64,000 nt of DNA. Source: the human T2T-CHM13v2.0 reference genome, Homo sapiens. A program made the position numbers and the translations under genes. Below, piece by piece: positions 60,831 through 64,000 of this stretch. The first letter of the stretch is position 1, and every line of letters starts with the position of its first letter. The notes beneath the pieces were generated by a model. The model was not told the origin of the DNA. It searched no databases and was given only the letters and a program-made list of their open reading frames with translations. The stretch lies in NCBI RefSeq assembly GCF_009914755.1, contig NC_060929.1. One strand, written 5' to 3'.

Positions 60831-61703
60831 TACTCTTAGTCATGGGTCAGACGATGTGTGGTAGTGACATTGACCCAAATGTCTTCTTTCCACCAGACCG
60901 AGTTGATTTTACAGGAAATCAGAAAATGAAACTGAATTTTTTTTTGAGAAAAAACAAAAGTCACACTAGGCCATAATTATTTATAAACATATATATTTCT
61001 ACCTTTCTATTTGGAGCAGCAATTCTCAAACCATAATTGTTTAATTCCAACTTCTATTGTATGTATGCATCCTCCTTGCAACCAAAGGTAATTATCTCAA
61101 AGCACATGTATCTAAAATTTGGATTGGGACTGCTAAAACCACTCTGGAAGTGCTGAAACTACAATACAAGAAAGAATGAGTACAATACCAGTGTGGGTTG
61201 TTAGGCATAAACAACAAGACCTGAATAGAAACAACATGAATCAGTAGCTGTAACTAAGATCGTTATAACTTTGCTACAACTGATATAAATTTATGAATCC
61301 TCATTTAATCTTACAATTGTTTGAAGGAACAGTTTAAAATTTTCTATCTTCAAAGTTAGGTTTAGGTTATGGGTGGGAGAAGGAGGCATTTTTTTTGCAT
61401 CCCTGAGAAACTAACACTTTATCTGTATCTGTATATCTATATCATTTATATCTATATTTCTTAACTATATCTATCTTCTAGTTCATCCAAATTCACAGAG
61501 ACTTGGGCTATAAATAAAAGATCTGTGTAATACTTTAAATTGTCCAAACATTTTTTCATTTATTATGATAGGTAAAGGTGAGTCTGACTCTTAAAAAGTG
61601 AGGAAAGTGAGGCTTGGAGATATTCTATGACTCTCCCAAGATCATACAGCTATTTAGTGGCAGGATGAGGAATGGGCCTTAATGGTTTTTCAAATGTGCC
61701 TGA

Positions 61704-62019
<316 letters not shown>

Positions 62020-62088
62020 CCAACTCAGTTTTAAGAGGACATTCTACAGCTTTCGTTAGTATAGTATTTTGTACTTACGCAGTAGTAT

Positions 62089-62380
62089 TGATATGGTAGT
62101 ATTGATATGATATGGCCGCTTCCCCCATGCTGCTCTTGTGATAGTGAGTTACTTCTCAAGAAATATGATGGTTTTATAAGAAGCTCTTCCTCTTTTGCTC
62201 CTCACTCTTCTCTCTCCTGCCGCCTTATGCAGGAGGTGCGTGCTTCGCCTTCTGCCACGATTGTAAGTTTCCCGAGGCCTCTGCAGCCATGCAGAACTGT
62301 GAGTCAATTAAACCTCTTTCCTTTATAAATTGTCCAGTCTTGGTTATTTCTTTATAGCAGTGTGAAAATGGACTAACATA
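62089..62380 (+). mobile_element. THE1 (C/D-like) solo LTR with internal 5' deletion
   Basis: tgatatgg start, then jumps to ccccatgctgctcttgtgatagtgag. Ends gtgaaaatggactaacata. TSD agtat (62084-62088 / 62381-62385). Confidence 0.88.
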
Positions 62381-62399
62381 AGTATGTTCCCTCTTAGAA

Positions 62400-62525
62400 A
62401 GCTGAAAACTATCATTTCTATTTTTAAAATGAGGAAATTGAAGCTTAGAATAATTAAGAGACTTCCTGCACAAGACATGGCTAGAAGGTTCAGCTGCCAG
62501 GACCAGAAGTCTGGGTCTTAGGCTT
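62400..62525 (-). mobile_element. MIR fragment
   Basis: ttttaaaatgaggaaattgaagcttagaataattaagagacttcc. Confidence 0.65.
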
Positions 62526-62543
62526 CTAATTTAGGTGCTAAAG

Positions 62544-62955
62544 CAATGGTTCTCCTGGGACTGAGGCATTGTGGGGTGCCTCAGTGGATGTCGGGGGACA
62601 TCACTAAATATTGTAAATTTTCAAAGGAACTAAAGTAACATATTTTGGATGTACATGAACTACTAATGCTTTCAACCTTAGGTTTTTTAATGTTCTATTT
62701 GGTTGCATTATATCTTTATGAAGCTGGGTTTTGTAATGATAAAAAGTGGGGAGCACATGAAAATCATTGAAAATCATTTAGGAATAGGAAACGAAGATAG
62801 CAGTGTCCCATCAGATTCCAAAGTCTAAGAAGTTGTACTGTGTTCAGCACGCAGTGAGGATTTAAGTACTTATTTAACTACTTAATAAATTGTTTGGTTC
62901 AGTGTGCTGTGAAAAAATTTCTGTGAGATTAAGAGCATTGTAAACTGAGAAAGCA
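62544..62955. mobile_element. hAT-Charlie-type DNA transposon remnant
   Basis: Starts with the hAT-like terminus caatggttctc. Internal cagattccaaagtctaagaagttg and gtgtgctgtgaaaaa resemble Charlie elements. Confidence 0.5.
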
Positions 62956-63874
62956 TGTCTTCTCTGGGGACATTACCCCGCTAGGATTAAAGTCCTAAAG
63001 AAATTGAAATTGCTGGATGGGAAGGCTGTACAGGAGGGAAGAACTAACAATTTATTGGATTGGTCTTGCAGAATTCTGGCCACCTTGTGGGCACCACCTT
63101 TTTTTGCTTTTTTATCTGAGAAGTAAACATTGGCTACAGTGGAAATAAAATGACACCTAGTTTAGCAATTTGAAAGCCAAGGTCATCTTTACAAAGAAAA
63201 AACTGTGGATATCCTCATACTGCTTTTAACCTGTCCTTCACATCAGGGAGTGCAAAATCTGATAGATATCTTGCTGGATTATCAAACTTCAAAAACCACT
63301 GCAAAACCAGTATGGCACATCATCCCTAACACCTGTCAGTGCTTGTTGTTACCTCAGTCTTTGTCATGTGCTCACTGAGAAGCTTAACCGTGGCAATAAG
63401 GTTTCCATTTCTTTAATTGTCATTCAGGGGTTAGGTTTTTTCTCCTTCCAAAATCTAATTCTTGAAATGATTTTTATATCTTGAACACTTCCTCCTCATT
63501 GCTGTACAGACCTCTAAAATGTGCCTTTTTATGAAAACTACACCTGACAATAAATTTACCAAGAAGCATAGACATTTTAAAAGATCAAAGAAAATAGGGA
63601 TTGAAATTTGTAAGTGATGTTATCTTAAACAAAAATGGGTGAAACTGATATCCTGTGACATTATGGAGTGCTACGATACTTTTTACTCTAGGAACTAGAG
63701 AAATAAAAGTCAAAAGATGAGGGACAGAAATCTGAAAGAAATCAGTTTCAATATTCTTTAAACAGTTGCCTTATTGTGAGTTAGGATGGAACTAGAGTCA
63801 GTATAATTTCAACAAAAAAACCTCTCACTTTAAGTTTATAAATATGTACATTACAGGTGCTGTAACTTCTTAAT

Positions 63875-64000
63875 GTGCAAAAGTTCTCAGTCCTGAATAT
63901 GAATCAAATCACTTCTGGAAATTAAAAAAATACACACATGCCAGGGACCTATACCAGACTTAACTGAATCCTAGGGGTTAGGACTTTTGAATCTATGTGT
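63875..64000. mobile_element. MER5-like hAT MITE fragment
   Basis: gttctcagtcctgaatatgaatcaaatcac...aaaaatacacacatgccaggg...ccagacttaactgaatc. Confidence 0.55.

Overview
This is AT-rich, CpG-poor primate (human-like) genomic DNA, either intergenic or deep intronic. I find no supportable protein-coding gene, tRNA, rRNA, CpG island or CRISPR array. The listed ORFs are decayed L1/MaLR/Alu frames or chance frames. Most of the window is a layered transposon record. It holds a ~5-kb L1PA7/8-like element that lacks its promoter, and an older L1PA15/16-like element carrying a nested near-complete THE1D. It also holds a + strand L1PA 3' end with a long purine tail, seven Alus and a FAM, and many L1M, L2, MIR and hAT fragments. 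A 4.3-kb block (35959-40250) contains four solo LTRs: LTR7/HERV-H, MLT1A, MER11 and MLT2A. Subfamily calls come from recalled consensus motifs, not from a RepeatMasker run, and the boundaries of old elements are approximate. The best leads are (i) the LTR7 with a triplicated 31-bp unit inside that LTR cluster, (ii) several short locally templated insertion or fold-back scars visible directly in the sequence, and (iii) two THE1 LTRs that independently lost the same 5' segment. I cannot support a new biological system from this sequence alone.
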